Source: Elusimicrobia bacterium CG08_land_8_20_14_0_20_51_18 (GTDB lineage Bacteria > Elusimicrobiota > Elusimicrobia > Elusimicrobiales > UBA9959). Taken from it: a DNA stretch of 48,244 bases. Both the position numbers and the translations under genes were made by a program. The DNA is taken from contig PEXN01000105.1 of the NCBI GenBank assembly GCA_002774685.1, positions 1 through 48,244 on the forward strand, given 5' to 3'. The notes under the pieces were generated by a model that was given only the letters and a program-made list of their open reading frames with translations, searched no databases and was not told the DNA's origin. The number at the start of each line of letters is the position of its first letter. The first letter of the stretch is position 1. Below, piece by piece: positions 24,433 to 34,680 of the stretch.

Positions 24433-26721
24433 ATGTATAAACTATTCTCGACGAAACCAAAAACTCCCAAAAACGCGAGAAAATCCGGTTTTTCCGAAAT
24501 TTTTTACTGGGTAGCCACCTTATCGGCGGTTCTCTGGCTCTTCTGGATAATCCTCAATCCCAGCCAGAAAGGAATAGCCGGAAGGCTGTTTTTCGATTCC
24601 CTCCATTCCTTTTTTGGAGCGTCCGTTTACTTCCTGCCTTTTCTGCTCCTTTACGGCATAATAGCCATCCTCCTGAGGCTGGGGAAGCCGAACAAAGGGA
24701 TAATCACTCTCGGCGCCGGGATAGTTTTCTTCCTGACGGCCCTCTCCTCCATCCTGGATTTCGCGAGGTACAAGACCCAGAGCCGGGTCTTCGACGGCGG
24801 CTACCTGGGCCATTTCACGGACACCGCTCTCATAACGGTTTTCGGAGACGCCGGGTCCCTCATTTTTTCCGTCGCCCTGCTTATCCTTTCGGCTCAGATA
24901 ATATTCAAGATTTCCTGGGGCAGGCTGGCCGCCTCTTCGATGAACGCCCTGAAAATTGATTACAAACAGTGGACCATGGCCAGGAACGAGTTCAGGAACA
25001 AACTTAAGACCATAAAGGATAACGAGGACAGAAAAGAAAAAGTTTACGACATCAAACCGGTGTCCCTCGGCGCGGCTCCCGCGCCCGAGCATGAAACCCC
25101 CGCGCAGAAGGGGAAAAAGCCCGCCGAAAAACAGGAACCCGCGGTTAAACAGGAACCGCAACGGCCGCCGGTTCAGATACTCAATTCGATAAACCCGTTT
25201 AAAACGGAAAAAGCCAGGCCCGCAAAAGAGGAGAAACCTCCCATCCCCGGGCAGTTCGCCCATTTCAAGAATTTCAAGCTTCCGTCGATAAACCTGCTGA
25301 GCGTGGTGGAAAACCAGAACGCCGGGCCGGACTCCGACGAGATACAGTCGTCCAAGCAGAAACTCGAGGAAACCCTTAAAAGTTTCGAGATCTCGGCCTA
25401 TGTTTCCGGGGTATACCCGGGACCCGTTATCACCAGGTACGAAGTCACTCCCTCTCCCGGCGTTAAAATAAGCTCCATAGTCTCCCTTTCCAACGATATA
25501 GCCCTGGCCATGAGAGCCCAGGGGATACGGGTAATAGCCCCGATTCCCGGCAAATCGGCCATAGGCTTTGAGATCCCCAACGCCAACAGGGCCAAGGTGG
25601 GCCTGAGGGAAATACTGGAAAGCCCCCAATTCAACCAGTCCAGGGGCCATCTGACTTTCGCCCTCGGCAGGCAGGCGGAGGGTTCGGTGGCCGTCGCGAA
25701 CCTCGAATCCATGCCGCATCTTCTAGTGGGCGGCGCCACGGGCAGCGGCAAGAGCGTTTTCCTGCAGGCCCTCATCCTTTCGATAATTTACAGGAACACC
25801 CCGGACGAGGTAAAATTCCTTTTCATAGACCCTAAACGCCTGGAGCTGACCTTCTATGAAGGCATTCCCTATCTTTACGACCCCAAGGTGACCGCTGACA
25901 GGGTTTCGGTCATAACCGACGCCAAAGAGGCGGCGAAATCACTGATAGCCCTGACCAGGGTCATGGAAAAACGCTACAAAAAATTCGAGAAGGCCAGGGT
26001 CAAGAACATCGCCGCCTATAACAAATGGGCGCAGGTCAACAACCAGCCGCCGGAATTTTACATCGTGGTGGTCATAGACGAACTGGCCGACCTGATGCTT
26101 CAGGCCAAGAACGTGGTGGAAGAGAACATCCAGAGGCTGGCCCAGATGGCGAGAGCCGTGGGCATACACCTCGTACTCGCCACACAGAGGCCTTCCGTGG
26201 ACGTCATAACGGGCGTCATAAAGGCCAATCTTCCTTCGAGGGTGGCCTTACAGGTCACTTCCAAAGTGGATTCCAGGGTCATAATAGACAGCCCGGGAGC
26301 GGACGCGCTTATCGGGAAAGGCGACATGCTTTACCTCGGCATAGAACAGCAAAAGGCGGACAGGATACAGGGCTGTTACGTGGGAGAGGATGAAATAGAG
26401 AAGATCTCCGCTTTCATAAAGGAGCAGGGCGCGCCCAATTATCCGCCCCTTACCGAAGAAGAAGAGATGAATACCGAAGGCAAAGGCGGTTCCTCCGAGG
26501 AACTGGTAAACGCCCTGAAACTGGTTGTCGAAAGGAGAAGGGTTTCCCAGGACCTTCTCAAGGCTCATTTCGGATCTTCGGCCAGGGCTACCAATATCCT
26601 CAGCCTCCTCGAGGTTAAGGGGTTTATACACAAGCCCGAAGGCTCCAACCGGTGGGAAATATTTTTCGACAGGATAGAAGGCTTTCTCAGCCAGCACGCC
26701 GGGGAAGTCGGCAAACAGTAA
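24433..26721 (+). CDS. ftsK: DNA translocase FtsK
   Basis: N-terminal TM helices, a Pro/Lys/Glu linker, Walker A GGATGSGKS, TQRPSVDVITG and a C-terminal gamma wHTH. I moved the start to the ATG at 24433 (AGGAG SD). The upstream 44 codons are a translation of repeat C. Confidence 0.95.
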   Translation: MYKLFSTKPKTPKNARKSGFSEIFYWVATLSAVLWLFWIILNPSQKGIAGRLFFDSLHSFFGASVYFLPFLLLYGIIAILLRLGKPNKGIITLGAGIVFFLTALSSILDFARYKTQSRVFDGGYLGHFTDTALITVFGDAGSLIFSVALLILSAQIIFKISWGRLAASSMNALKIDYKQWTMARNEFRNKLKTIKDNEDRKEKVYDIKPVSLGAAPAPEHETPAQKGKKPAEKQEPAVKQEPQRPPVQILNSINPFKTEKARPAKEEKPPIPGQFAHFKNFKLPSINLLSVVENQNAGPDSDEIQSSKQKLEETLKSFEISAYVSGVYPGPVITRYEVTPSPGVKISSIVSLSNDIALAMRAQGIRVIAPIPGKSAIGFEIPNANRAKVGLREILESPQFNQSRGHLTFALGRQAEGSVAVANLESMPHLLVGGATGSGKSVFLQALILSIIYRNTPDEVKFLFIDPKRLELTFYEGIPYLYDPKVTADRVSVITDAKEAAKSLIALTRVMEKRYKKFEKARVKNIAAYNKWAQVNNQPPEFYIVVVIDELADLMLQAKNVVEENIQRLAQMARAVGIHLVLATQRPSVDVITGVIKANLPSRVALQVTSKVDSRVIIDSPGADALIGKGDMLYLGIEQQKADRIQGCYVGEDEIEKISAFIKEQGAPNYPPLTEEEEMNTEGKGGSSEELVNALKLVVERRRVSQDLLKAHFGSSARATNILSLLEVKGFIHKPEGSNRWEIFFDRIEGFLSQHAGEVGKQ

Positions 26722-26745
26722 CGGGCTAAGGCGAACAGAGGTAAT

Positions 26746-27462
26746 ATGAAAAAAATAATTTTAACCGCCGTTTTTTTTACGCTTCTCGCGGGGAACTCCT
26801 TTTGCGGGGAAGCCGGAAAGGAAAGGGCCGCGCCTGAAATAAACGAATCTTCCGGAGCCGTCTCCGGTCCAGCGCCGGAAGTCCTGAAAGTGGTGGAAAA
26901 ACTGAAAGAGTGGGACGCGAAGCTCGAGTCTCTCAAATCGGATTTTTCCCAGGAAGTGGATTTTACCAACGCCGGCATCAAGCAGAAAGTGGAAGGGACT
27001 CTCAGCTATAAAAAAAAGGACCGCCTGCGCATAGAACATCTGAAACCCTCCAGGCAGCTTATCATAACGGATAAAAGGGATATTTTTATCTACAAGGTCG
27101 AGGACGAACTGGTTTACAAGACTTCCTGGGATTACTGGAAAAAGACGCAGGACCAGAATCTTTCCGGCATACTGGACATGGGGAATTACTCGGAACTCGC
27201 CGAAAAGAACGAAATAAAAGTCACCGAGACCCCGGAGGGAATAAAGGCCGAATTCACCAGCAAGAACAACCCGGGCGTCTACCTGCTGACCCTGACGCTT
27301 TCCGCCACCGATTATTTCCCGTACGAGGCCTCCCTGAGAGTCGACAAAACCCTTATAACCACCAAACTCACAAAGACCGAAATAAACGGCGAACTCGACG
27401 ACAAGCTTTTCAAATTCGTAAAACCCAAGAAAGCGGAACTTATAGAGATAAAAAGAAAATGA
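26746..27462 (+). CDS. LolA-like outer-membrane lipoprotein carrier family protein
   Basis: Signal peptide, about 215 aa mature. The sequence pattern is typical of the LolA/RseB-like open beta-barrel family (FSQEV..., GTLSYKKKDRLRIE...). Confidence 0.55.
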   Translation: MKKIILTAVFFTLLAGNSFCGEAGKERAAPEINESSGAVSGPAPEVLKVVEKLKEWDAKLESLKSDFSQEVDFTNAGIKQKVEGTLSYKKKDRLRIEHLKPSRQLIITDKRDIFIYKVEDELVYKTSWDYWKKTQDQNLSGILDMGNYSELAEKNEIKVTETPEGIKAEFTSKNNPGVYLLTLTLSATDYFPYEASLRVDKTLITTKLTKTEINGELDDKLFKFVKPKKAELIEIKRK

Positions 27463-28061
27463 CCCTCGCGAACAGAATCACCCTTACCAGAATCTTCCTC
27501 AGTTTCGTAGTGTTTTTCCTGATCCTCGAAAAGACCTTCGTCTTCGAACTGCTGGCCATGATAATACTCATAATCGCCATGCTCTCCGACTACATAGACG
27601 GGAAAATAGCCAAAAGCACCAACACCGTGACCAGATTCGGGGCCATAGCGGACCCTTTCGCGGACAAGATTCTGGTGCTTTCCTGTTTCATAGCTTTCGC
27701 TTCGATAAAAGACCTGAACATCCCGCTCTGGGCCATCTTCCTTATAATGCTCAGAGAGCTCACCGTCTCCACCCTGCGCGTCCTGGCCGCGCTTCAGAAT
27801 TTCGTGCTTAAGGCCGAAGCCGCGGGGAAGTTCAAAACCCTGATACAATTCATCTCCATCTACATAATACTCATAATACTGACCCTGAAATATTATTCTC
27901 CCCAGCCCTTATGGATAAAAAAGCTTCTTCCTTATCTCAAAATCCTGCCCTACTGGCTCAGCGTCACGGCCGCCGTCGTCACCGTGATAAGCGGAATAAT
28001 CTACCTTATAAACCACAACAAGATGCTCAAAGAATCCTGGAGCGAAAAGAAGTCAAAGTAG
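27459..28061 (+). CDS. pgsA: CDP-diacylglycerol--glycerol-3-phosphate 3-phosphatidyltransferase
   Basis: CDP-alcohol phosphatidyltransferase motif DYIDGKIAK...GAIADPFADK. Multi-TM, with an ATGA overlap upstream. Confidence 0.85.
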   Translation: MTLANRITLTRIFLSFVVFFLILEKTFVFELLAMIILIIAMLSDYIDGKIAKSTNTVTRFGAIADPFADKILVLSCFIAFASIKDLNIPLWAIFLIMLRELTVSTLRVLAALQNFVLKAEAAGKFKTLIQFISIYIILIILTLKYYSPQPLWIKKLLPYLKILPYWLSVTAAVVTVISGIIYLINHNKMLKESWSEKKSK

Positions 28062-28062
28062 C

Positions 28063-28545
28063 ATGGCCATAAACAACCGAGTAATAGATTTCCTGGCGAC
28101 CGGATTCTGGATAAGCCTCATTCCGGCCCGCTTCAATTCCTACAAAAAGTTCAAGGGAACCGGCCTTTTCGGCACCCTCCTGGCCCTGCTCCTGGCCCCG
28201 CTGCTTCCCGGTAATTTTTTCGCTTTCACGGCTTTTCTCCTTTTCTTCTTCTTTTTTTCCGTCTGGATCTCCGGAAGGGCCTTTGGCGAGGCGGGGGAAA
28301 AAGACAATCCGCTCATAGTGATAGACGAGGTCTGCGGCTACTGGGTTTCCCTTCTTTTTATTTCAAGGGACCTGAAAAGCCTCCTGACCGCCTTCGTTTT
28401 CTTCAGGTTTTTCGACACGCTGAAACCCTGGCCCATAAAAAGGATAGAGGCCGAAACGGGGGGCGGCGCGGGAATAGTTCTGGACGACGTACTGGCCGGC
28501 GTTTACGCGGGAATTTTGACTTTTCTACTGTCAAAGTTTATATAA
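28063..28545 (+). CDS. pgpA: Phosphatidylglycerophosphatase A
   Basis: IVIDEVCGYW, FRFFDTLKPWPI and GIVLDDVLAG motifs. Adjacent to pgsA. Confidence 0.85.
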   Translation: MAINNRVIDFLATGFWISLIPARFNSYKKFKGTGLFGTLLALLLAPLLPGNFFAFTAFLLFFFFFSVWISGRAFGEAGEKDNPLIVIDEVCGYWVSLLFISRDLKSLLTAFVFFRFFDTLKPWPIKRIEAETGGGAGIVLDDVLAGVYAGILTFLLSKFI

Positions 28546-28556
28546 TATAAAATAAG

Positions 28557-29480
28557 ATGAAAAATAAAAGCGCCGTTTTAAGTTTTGCTTTTTGCCTTTT
28601 TCTGCTGCTTTCGGCGGGCCTAAAAGCCCAGGGAAAGGCGGAAGCGTCTTCGGAAACCGCGAAACAGCAGGAACCCGCCGTTATTCCCGTAACCGGCGAA
28701 GAAACCTCCGAAAAGCCCAAGAACGGCAAATTCGAATTCCGGGAAGCGAAAACGCCCTTGAGCGGCATAGTCCTGACCTCCACGGCTTACAGGGGAAAGG
28801 GGAAAAACTCCATAGGCACGGCTCTCGATTTTAACGCCTCTTATTACATAGGCAGGCTTTACGGCAAAAACACCTACTCCTGGGCCACGAACAAGACCAA
28901 TTACCTGGACCGCGTCGGCCTCTGGCTTCTGGAAGTCGACGGCAAAATGATGATACAGACCGAAGACAGGTGGCGCCCGGCTCTGGCCAGCGGCGTAAAG
29001 GGTATCTTTCAGTTCAGGGACGCGGCACAGCCCTCCCTTAACAGCCCGTCCGTCTCGGTAAAGGTGGACAGTAAAAACACCAACACCTACGCCTCCGCCT
29101 ACCTCTCGATGAGCAAACGGATACACGATAAATTCATGCTGAACCTGGGATACGCGGACGGCGACATGCCCAAAATGATCTACCAGATGTCGGAATTCCT
29201 CTCGAACGAGGCCATAAACCTGACCAGGAATTCCACCGGCAAGCCCATACTCCCGCAATCCACCCTGTACGCCGGGTTCATCTGGCTTTTCCGGGACAAG
29301 ATGCCCATAGAAGCGGAAATAATAATACCCCAGGGCGCGCCTTTAAGCCCGAAACTTATAAATCTCCAACTGGGCACCCTGCTCAAATTGAATTTCCAGG
29401 TTTCTTATCTTACTTATAGGAGCGGCTGGGAATACCTCGGCATGTTCAACTTCAGATACTCCCACTTTCCGAAAAAATAA
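28557..29480 (+). CDS. Hypothetical secreted protein (possible outer-membrane beta-barrel)
   Basis: Signal peptide and alternating-hydrophobicity strands. No motif recognised. Confidence 0.5.
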   Translation: MKNKSAVLSFAFCLFLLLSAGLKAQGKAEASSETAKQQEPAVIPVTGEETSEKPKNGKFEFREAKTPLSGIVLTSTAYRGKGKNSIGTALDFNASYYIGRLYGKNTYSWATNKTNYLDRVGLWLLEVDGKMMIQTEDRWRPALASGVKGIFQFRDAAQPSLNSPSVSVKVDSKNTNTYASAYLSMSKRIHDKFMLNLGYADGDMPKMIYQMSEFLSNEAINLTRNSTGKPILPQSTLYAGFIWLFRDKMPIEAEIIIPQGAPLSPKLINLQLGTLLKLNFQVSYLTYRSGWEYLGMFNFRYSHFPKK

Positions 29481-29485
29481 TCTTT

Positions 29486-30061
29486 ATGGTAATTTTTATA
29501 CTACTAATCATAATTTTCGGGATTACCGCTTTTTTTCTTTTGAATTCTACGACTAACAATATAGACAAAAGAATGGACGAACTCGCTGTTCTTTTCCATG
29601 GAAAAAAAACCGCCGGCGAGGCTTTTACCTCACAATACTCCAACGGCCTGACCTTCAGCCATTCCGGTTTTGAAATAGAGCTTAGCGTGTTTTGGCAGCG
29701 GGTCTATTCCCTGGAAATAACCCTGCTCAAAAAAAACGATTTTGAATTCATTGCATATGAAAAAAGCCGGGATTACGAGGACAGCAAAACTTTAAAGATG
29801 AAATTGCTGGAAATCAGTGACATGGGCCTGAGTAATTTTCGCGTATATTCGAAAGACGAAGCCGTCTCGGGCAGGATAATAAACGCCTCTTCCTCCCTGG
29901 AACTGCTGGCTCAAAAAGGATTTACCACGACGGAGGCGACGAGCCATTTTCTCAAATCCGGGAAAACCGCGCCTGACATCGACGCCGACCTGCGGCCTGA
30001 AAACGTCAAATTTATAATAGAAAGATTGGCTGATATCCAGAAGAATCTGCAAGCCAGATAA
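29486..30061 (+). CDS. Hypothetical membrane-anchored protein
   Basis: N-terminal TM helix (MVIFILLIIIFGITAFFLL). No motif recognised. Confidence 0.45.
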   Translation: MVIFILLIIIFGITAFFLLNSTTNNIDKRMDELAVLFHGKKTAGEAFTSQYSNGLTFSHSGFEIELSVFWQRVYSLEITLLKKNDFEFIAYEKSRDYEDSKTLKMKLLEISDMGLSNFRVYSKDEAVSGRIINASSSLELLAQKGFTTTEATSHFLKSGKTAPDIDADLRPENVKFIIERLADIQKNLQAR

Positions 30062-30091
30062 AACCCCACTCCCGGAAAAAACTCACGCTTC

Positions 30092-32194
30092 TCATTTCAT
30101 CCTGTTCAGGTAGAACGCGGCTTCCTTGTGGCTCGGGTTTATCCGCAGGGTTTCCAGAAGCTCCTGACGCGCCCTGTTCGGGTCGGTGTTCCAGTAGAGA
30201 ATGGCGGTATTATAATGGGCCTGGGCCATACCGGGGTCGTAATAAAGGGCCAGGGCGTAGCTCTCTTCGCTTTTCTTCCTGTCCCCGAGCTTCTCGTGGC
30301 ACACCCCTATATTGAGAAGGGCGTAGGCGAACCCTTTTTTGAGGGAGGTTTTCAATTCTTTCAGGGAGTGATATTCCTCGGCTTTTTTCAGGAGCTTTCT
30401 GTAGACTTCACCCGAACTCTCGAAGGCGGACAAAGCTCCGGCCCAATCGCCGGAATTCGCCAGGTAAAGACCTTTATAAAGGGGCGCGTCAGCGAGGTTT
30501 TCGTCCAGTTTTGCCGCCAGGTCCAGAAAAACCGGAACCCTTTTTTCCTTTACACCGAAATTCACCAGATAAGCGGACATGGAAACCAGGGCCTGCGCGT
30601 AAGCGCCGGCCAGATCCGAGACGAAAAAATCGTTATAAGGCTTTTTAAAACCCGAAAAGGCGAACTTTTCCAGGTTCTCGGGCGCCGGGACCGCCCCTTT
30701 TTCCGGCAGGATTTCGCAGGTAAGTCCGTTGGGGATATTGGGGAGGTCCGCCGGCAGCACGGCGTCAAGGGTGGCGTAGAGCCTCCTGCCGTTCAGCTTT
30801 TTCAAACCCTTCCAATTTTCCGCCGCCTGTTCATTCACGTTCACCAGCGTAAGCCCCCTGTTTATTCTCGACTTCTGGTACCAGGGCGAACCGGAAAGGC
30901 CCTGTCCTATTATCGCCAGGTCCGGCCTCATACCCTCGGTATAAGCGAAATACCACAGGGAAAACAACTGTACGTCTTTTTTCGCCACCAGAATGGAATT
31001 CGCGGGAAGTCCCCGAAAAACGTCTTCGGCATAATTTTTGGCGACGTCGAGGTTTCTCCTGTCGGAGTATGGAAAATTGAAATATAAAGCGAGGGCCAGA
31101 GCCGAAGCCAACACCAGCCCCGGTAAAAAACGTTTTTCCCGGGCCAGAGAAGCGAAACCGAACGCCCCGAAAACCGCCAGTATAAGGTCCGGAATAAGAT
31201 AATTCGGCTCCACTATGGAAAGGGCGTGCGGATTAGGCGGCATATTCGCCATAAACAGGAAAACCGGGCCGGTAATAAGGAAAAGCCCGCCCAGCAGACA
31301 GAAGCTTTTCCGGTCGCGGAGATACTCGCTCCGGAAGCCGGCGAACACGAACAACAGGGCGAGATTGAAATTTTCCGCCAGGTGAAGGAAATAAATTTTA
31401 AGGTTAGGGAGAAAGAGTTCTCCGGGCCGGTAATTCAGGGAAATAAGGTCGAGGGTGGAGCCGTAGCTCTTCCTGGTTATGACGTTTATGAAGTTCCCGA
31501 GTTTGGACGGCTCCGACCAGTTTATCAGCGGGTCCGCGGCGGAAGCGAAAGGCAGGTAGAGATAAACCGAAAAACCCGCCAGAAAAAACAGGAAAGACTT
31601 GCTCAAAAGGGGAAAAAAACCGGGAAGCGTTTTTACCTTTAAAAAGATGAGAACGAGGAAGACCGGGTACATCAGGGAAATATCCATCCTGTTCCCCATG
31701 AAAAGACCGCATAAAAAAGCGAAAAGATAAAGACGGGCGGAGGAGAACGACTTTTCCATCTCCCAAATCAGGTAAAGCAATACGGCGGCGAAAAAGACGT
31801 GAAGGGAGTACATTTCGGAAACGCTGGAAACGGTGTGCATGGTAAAATTAAAGGCAAAAAGCAGGGTAAAAAGAACGGAAGGCAGGAGGCCGGCCCTTTT
31901 GGAAAGAAAAAGGTACAGGATGAAGGACGCCGCCGCGCCGAAAAGCGCGGAAAAAAGGTTGAGTTTATAGGCTATGGTCCCGGGCAAAAAAAATGAAAAG
32001 AACCTCCCCAGGAGATTATAGAGCGGATAGCCCGGCTGGTGGGAGATGGACATGGACCAGACGTCCAGGGCCATTTCTCCCGCGTCCCTGTAAGGAGCCA
32101 GCGTAGACGGCATAAAAAAAACGTAAACGGCCAAAACAACCGCCGAAAGAGCCGCCCCGGCGATAATGTTTTTGTTCTTTAAAAACTCCGGCAT
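30092..32194 (-). CDS. DUF2723-type membrane glycosyltransferase-like protein with C-terminal TPR repeats
   Basis: About 11 TM helices with N-terminal ...YVFFMPSTLAPYRDAGEM..., and a C-terminal TPR region. The start is set at the ATG 32192-32194 (MPEFLKNK...), which is preceded by TGTTATAAT. Confidence 0.75.
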   Translation of the reverse strand: MPEFLKNKNIIAGAALSAVVLAVYVFFMPSTLAPYRDAGEMALDVWSMSISHQPGYPLYNLLGRFFSFFLPGTIAYKLNLFSALFGAAASFILYLFLSKRAGLLPSVLFTLLFAFNFTMHTVSSVSEMYSLHVFFAAVLLYLIWEMEKSFSSARLYLFAFLCGLFMGNRMDISLMYPVFLVLIFLKVKTLPGFFPLLSKSFLFFLAGFSVYLYLPFASAADPLINWSEPSKLGNFINVITRKSYGSTLDLISLNYRPGELFLPNLKIYFLHLAENFNLALLFVFAGFRSEYLRDRKSFCLLGGLFLITGPVFLFMANMPPNPHALSIVEPNYLIPDLILAVFGAFGFASLAREKRFLPGLVLASALALALYFNFPYSDRRNLDVAKNYAEDVFRGLPANSILVAKKDVQLFSLWYFAYTEGMRPDLAIIGQGLSGSPWYQKSRINRGLTLVNVNEQAAENWKGLKKLNGRRLYATLDAVLPADLPNIPNGLTCEILPEKGAVPAPENLEKFAFSGFKKPYNDFFVSDLAGAYAQALVSMSAYLVNFGVKEKRVPVFLDLAAKLDENLADAPLYKGLYLANSGDWAGALSAFESSGEVYRKLLKKAEEYHSLKELKTSLKKGFAYALLNIGVCHEKLGDRKKSEESYALALYYDPGMAQAHYNTAILYWNTDPNRARQELLETLRINPSHKEAAFYLNRMK

Positions 32195-32200
32195 AACTAG

Positions 32201-32209
32201 ATTATAACA
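32201..32209 (-). promoter_or_regulatory. Extended -10 box TGTTATAAT 6 nt before the ATG (leaderless-type start)
   Basis: The minus strand reads TGT TAT AAT cta gtt ATG, an exact match to TGnTATAAT. No usable SD. Confidence 0.45.
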
Positions 32210-32626
32210 AAACATCCTCAACGGGGCATAGAGAAGAGAGAACGACGTTCGGTTTATCTCTGGTTCGGCGAAAAAAACCGAAGATGCGACAGTTACCCGC
32301 TGGGCGGAGTTTTCAAAATCCTGCTCCGAAGATATAAAGACAACGACTACGGGAAAAACGACCTCTCCTTCGCTCTGGCCCCTGAAAATAAGAGTATTTA
32401 TATTCCACTTGGCAGCGATTTCATCAGATTTGAGAGGAACGGAGACATCTTTAAGGCTTTTTACAGTCCTGACGGAATGAATTACACCGAAGCGTTAACG
32501 GAAAAAAGGGGAGAAGAGATAAAAGGCCTTTCCCAGAAGATAGTCCTTGGCGGCCAGGCTTTTTCTTCTTCGGCCGATTTCGCCGAATATGAGTATATAA
32601 AGCTTAACGGCGTTCCGCTTTTCTAA
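32207..32626 (+). pseudogene. Start-less C-terminal fragment of a concanavalin/LamG-like (DUF1349-like) protein
   Basis: A 139-codon open frame with no ATG/GTG/TTG until codon 92, so it is absent from the ORF track. It translates to ...DLSFALAPENKSIYIPLGSDFIRFERNGDIFKAFYSPDGMNYTEAL...AEYEYIKLNGVPLF*, a protein-like beta-sandwich pattern. Confidence 0.4.
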
Positions 32627-32629
32627 GCC

Positions 32630-34642
32630 TCAAAGTTCCCCTTTAAACCTTCTGAACGCCAGCTCGGCCGAAAAAAACAAAACGAGAAAAAGCAGAAAAT
32701 AAAAGCTGGCTCCCGGCGTAAAAGTTTTGTTTACCCTGTAATATTCCTTTTTCTGCGCGGAGAAATATCCGGGTTTAAGCTCCGAAAGTTTAAGAGCCTC
32801 CGGCCGGCCGGAATATTTTTCCAGCCCTTCCGCCGAAAACCCTTCCCGGTAAAGTATATTTTCATCGAGGTTTATTTTACCGGAATATTTTTCCGAATAC
32901 CCGTCCCTGAAACTCGTTTCCACGCTCACCGAATAGACGCCTTTCTCTAGCGGAGGGAGGTAAGCCCTGTAGACTCCCCGTTTCCTGAAATTGAAAGCGA
33001 GAGGCAGCTTTATCCCTTTTCCCGCTATATGCCCTTTCAAAACGGCCCCGTCATGGGTCAGGGGCCCGTAATTCTCGTCCAAAACATAGGCGTTGACGTA
33101 AAAACGGCCGGTTTTGGAAACCGTAAAATCCGCCCTTTTCAGGTCCAGGGTAAAATCCAGCCAGGAAAAAATATTTTTATAAAAATCGTAGTAAAAATAC
33201 CGGTTTTTTTCTCCCGCGGAAAAGGTCTTCCACTGCCAGAGGCTCATGGAATTTATCATAACGACCCGGCCCTTGCCGTATTTTTTTTCGCTGACCAGCG
33301 GGTACCTGGAACCGCCGTATTCGAAACCTATTATTTCCCTGGAATCCGCGGCCGGACGTGAAAGGACGAACTCCCCGCGCAGGGGGGGAATGTTTTCCGT
33401 CAGGCCCGAAGCGACCGGATGGGGGGAGGGAAAAAGACGCGCATAGTCCGTTTTTTTTATCTCCAGGGGAAGAGCCGGAAGAAGTTCCCTGAAATTTTCA
33501 CTCGGGCTTTTCGCGAGCGACTCAGCCATGGCCCCTCCGCCTATAAGGAGCAGGCTCCCGCCCTCTTTCACGAATTTGGCCACATTATCCAGGTAAAAAC
33601 TGTTTATGGCCAGCTGGCGAAAATCGAATTCCTCCAGCACGAAAACGTCGAAATGGAAAAGGTCCTTGAGGAATATCTCCTCTCTCGGGAAAGGAATAAG
33701 GGAAAGCTCGTCTTCCCTGACGCTGAGAGAATCCCCGGGCTCCCGGAGAATTATGAAGGAAAGCATATCGAGGGAAGGATTGGATTTGAGGTATTCCCTC
33801 AAAAAATAGTAGCCGTGATTCGGAACCCCGCTGAGATAAACTATTCTGAGCTTATCCCTGAAAACGTTTACGGAAAAATTAAGACATTTTTCAGCCGCGC
33901 CGGAAAAGGCGCAAAGCCCGTAATCGTGCTTCCCTATTCCCTTCGGGGAAACCGTGAAACTGCCGGCGGAACCGTTGGGGAATTCCCGGCTTCCGGTTTT
34001 TATCCCGTTGTCCCGCAGTTCCGTCCTGATTCCTCCGGCGTTTCCAAAAACTTCAAAATGCACGTTGAAAGGCATGTGGAGAAAAGCCAGGTCCGGGTAT
34101 TTGAGGGCCTCTATCCTCAGCGGCTCTTTTTCGGAAGGCTCTCCGACCAGAACGAATTCAACCTTCCCGTCGGTCCCCGTCACCGGGCTGTAACCGTCGG
34201 TGAAGTAAACGATCCTTTCATAACCCGATGGCAGGGCCCCCAGGGCTCCCTCGAAATCGGAATAATAGGCTTCTCCCGTTCCGGGCGGGAATCCGGAGTA
34301 AAGCCTGTCGGCGGCGTAGAAGATGCTTTTCCGGGACGTCCCGCTTTCCAGAAGCCACTTTTCCGCCAGAGCGGCCTTGGAAAGAGGCCCGGTCAAACCG
34401 GTTTTGGACCTCATATAGACGGAGGAGTCTATTACATAGGCCGTCTCCGGCTCGCGGTATTCCCTTTTCTTAAAGTCCAAAGCCGGATTAAGCGCCAAAA
34501 CTCCGAGCAGGATCAGGAAAGAGAATCTCAGCGCCTTCAGGCGGGGCAAAGATTTTTTTCGGACCAGAAAAAACGCCGAGACGGCGAGAAAAAACAGGCA
34601 GCCGGCCAGCACATAAGGATTATATCCGAACCTTATTTCCAT
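32630..34642 (-). CDS. Large membrane protein of the Bat/MoxR cluster (N-terminal double TM, GATase1-like region suspected)
   Basis: The N-terminal TM pair resembles BatA_N. Central ...VFVLEEFDFRQL...FVKEGGSLLLIGG... resembles the DUF1355-type domain that accompanies MoxR-DUF58 operons. C-terminal TM. Confidence 0.55.
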   Translation of the reverse strand: MEIRFGYNPYVLAGCLFFLAVSAFFLVRKKSLPRLKALRFSFLILLGVLALNPALDFKKREYREPETAYVIDSSVYMRSKTGLTGPLSKAALAEKWLLESGTSRKSIFYAADRLYSGFPPGTGEAYYSDFEGALGALPSGYERIVYFTDGYSPVTGTDGKVEFVLVGEPSEKEPLRIEALKYPDLAFLHMPFNVHFEVFGNAGGIRTELRDNGIKTGSREFPNGSAGSFTVSPKGIGKHDYGLCAFSGAAEKCLNFSVNVFRDKLRIVYLSGVPNHGYYFLREYLKSNPSLDMLSFIILREPGDSLSVREDELSLIPFPREEIFLKDLFHFDVFVLEEFDFRQLAINSFYLDNVAKFVKEGGSLLLIGGGAMAESLAKSPSENFRELLPALPLEIKKTDYARLFPSPHPVASGLTENIPPLRGEFVLSRPAADSREIIGFEYGGSRYPLVSEKKYGKGRVVMINSMSLWQWKTFSAGEKNRYFYYDFYKNIFSWLDFTLDLKRADFTVSKTGRFYVNAYVLDENYGPLTHDGAVLKGHIAGKGIKLPLAFNFRKRGVYRAYLPPLEKGVYSVSVETSFRDGYSEKYSGKINLDENILYREGFSAEGLEKYSGRPEALKLSELKPGYFSAQKKEYYRVNKTFTPGASFYFLLFLVLFFSAELAFRRFKGEL

Positions 34643-34680
34643 ATTTACTCTCTCTAATTTCGTTCTTTATTTTTTCTATT

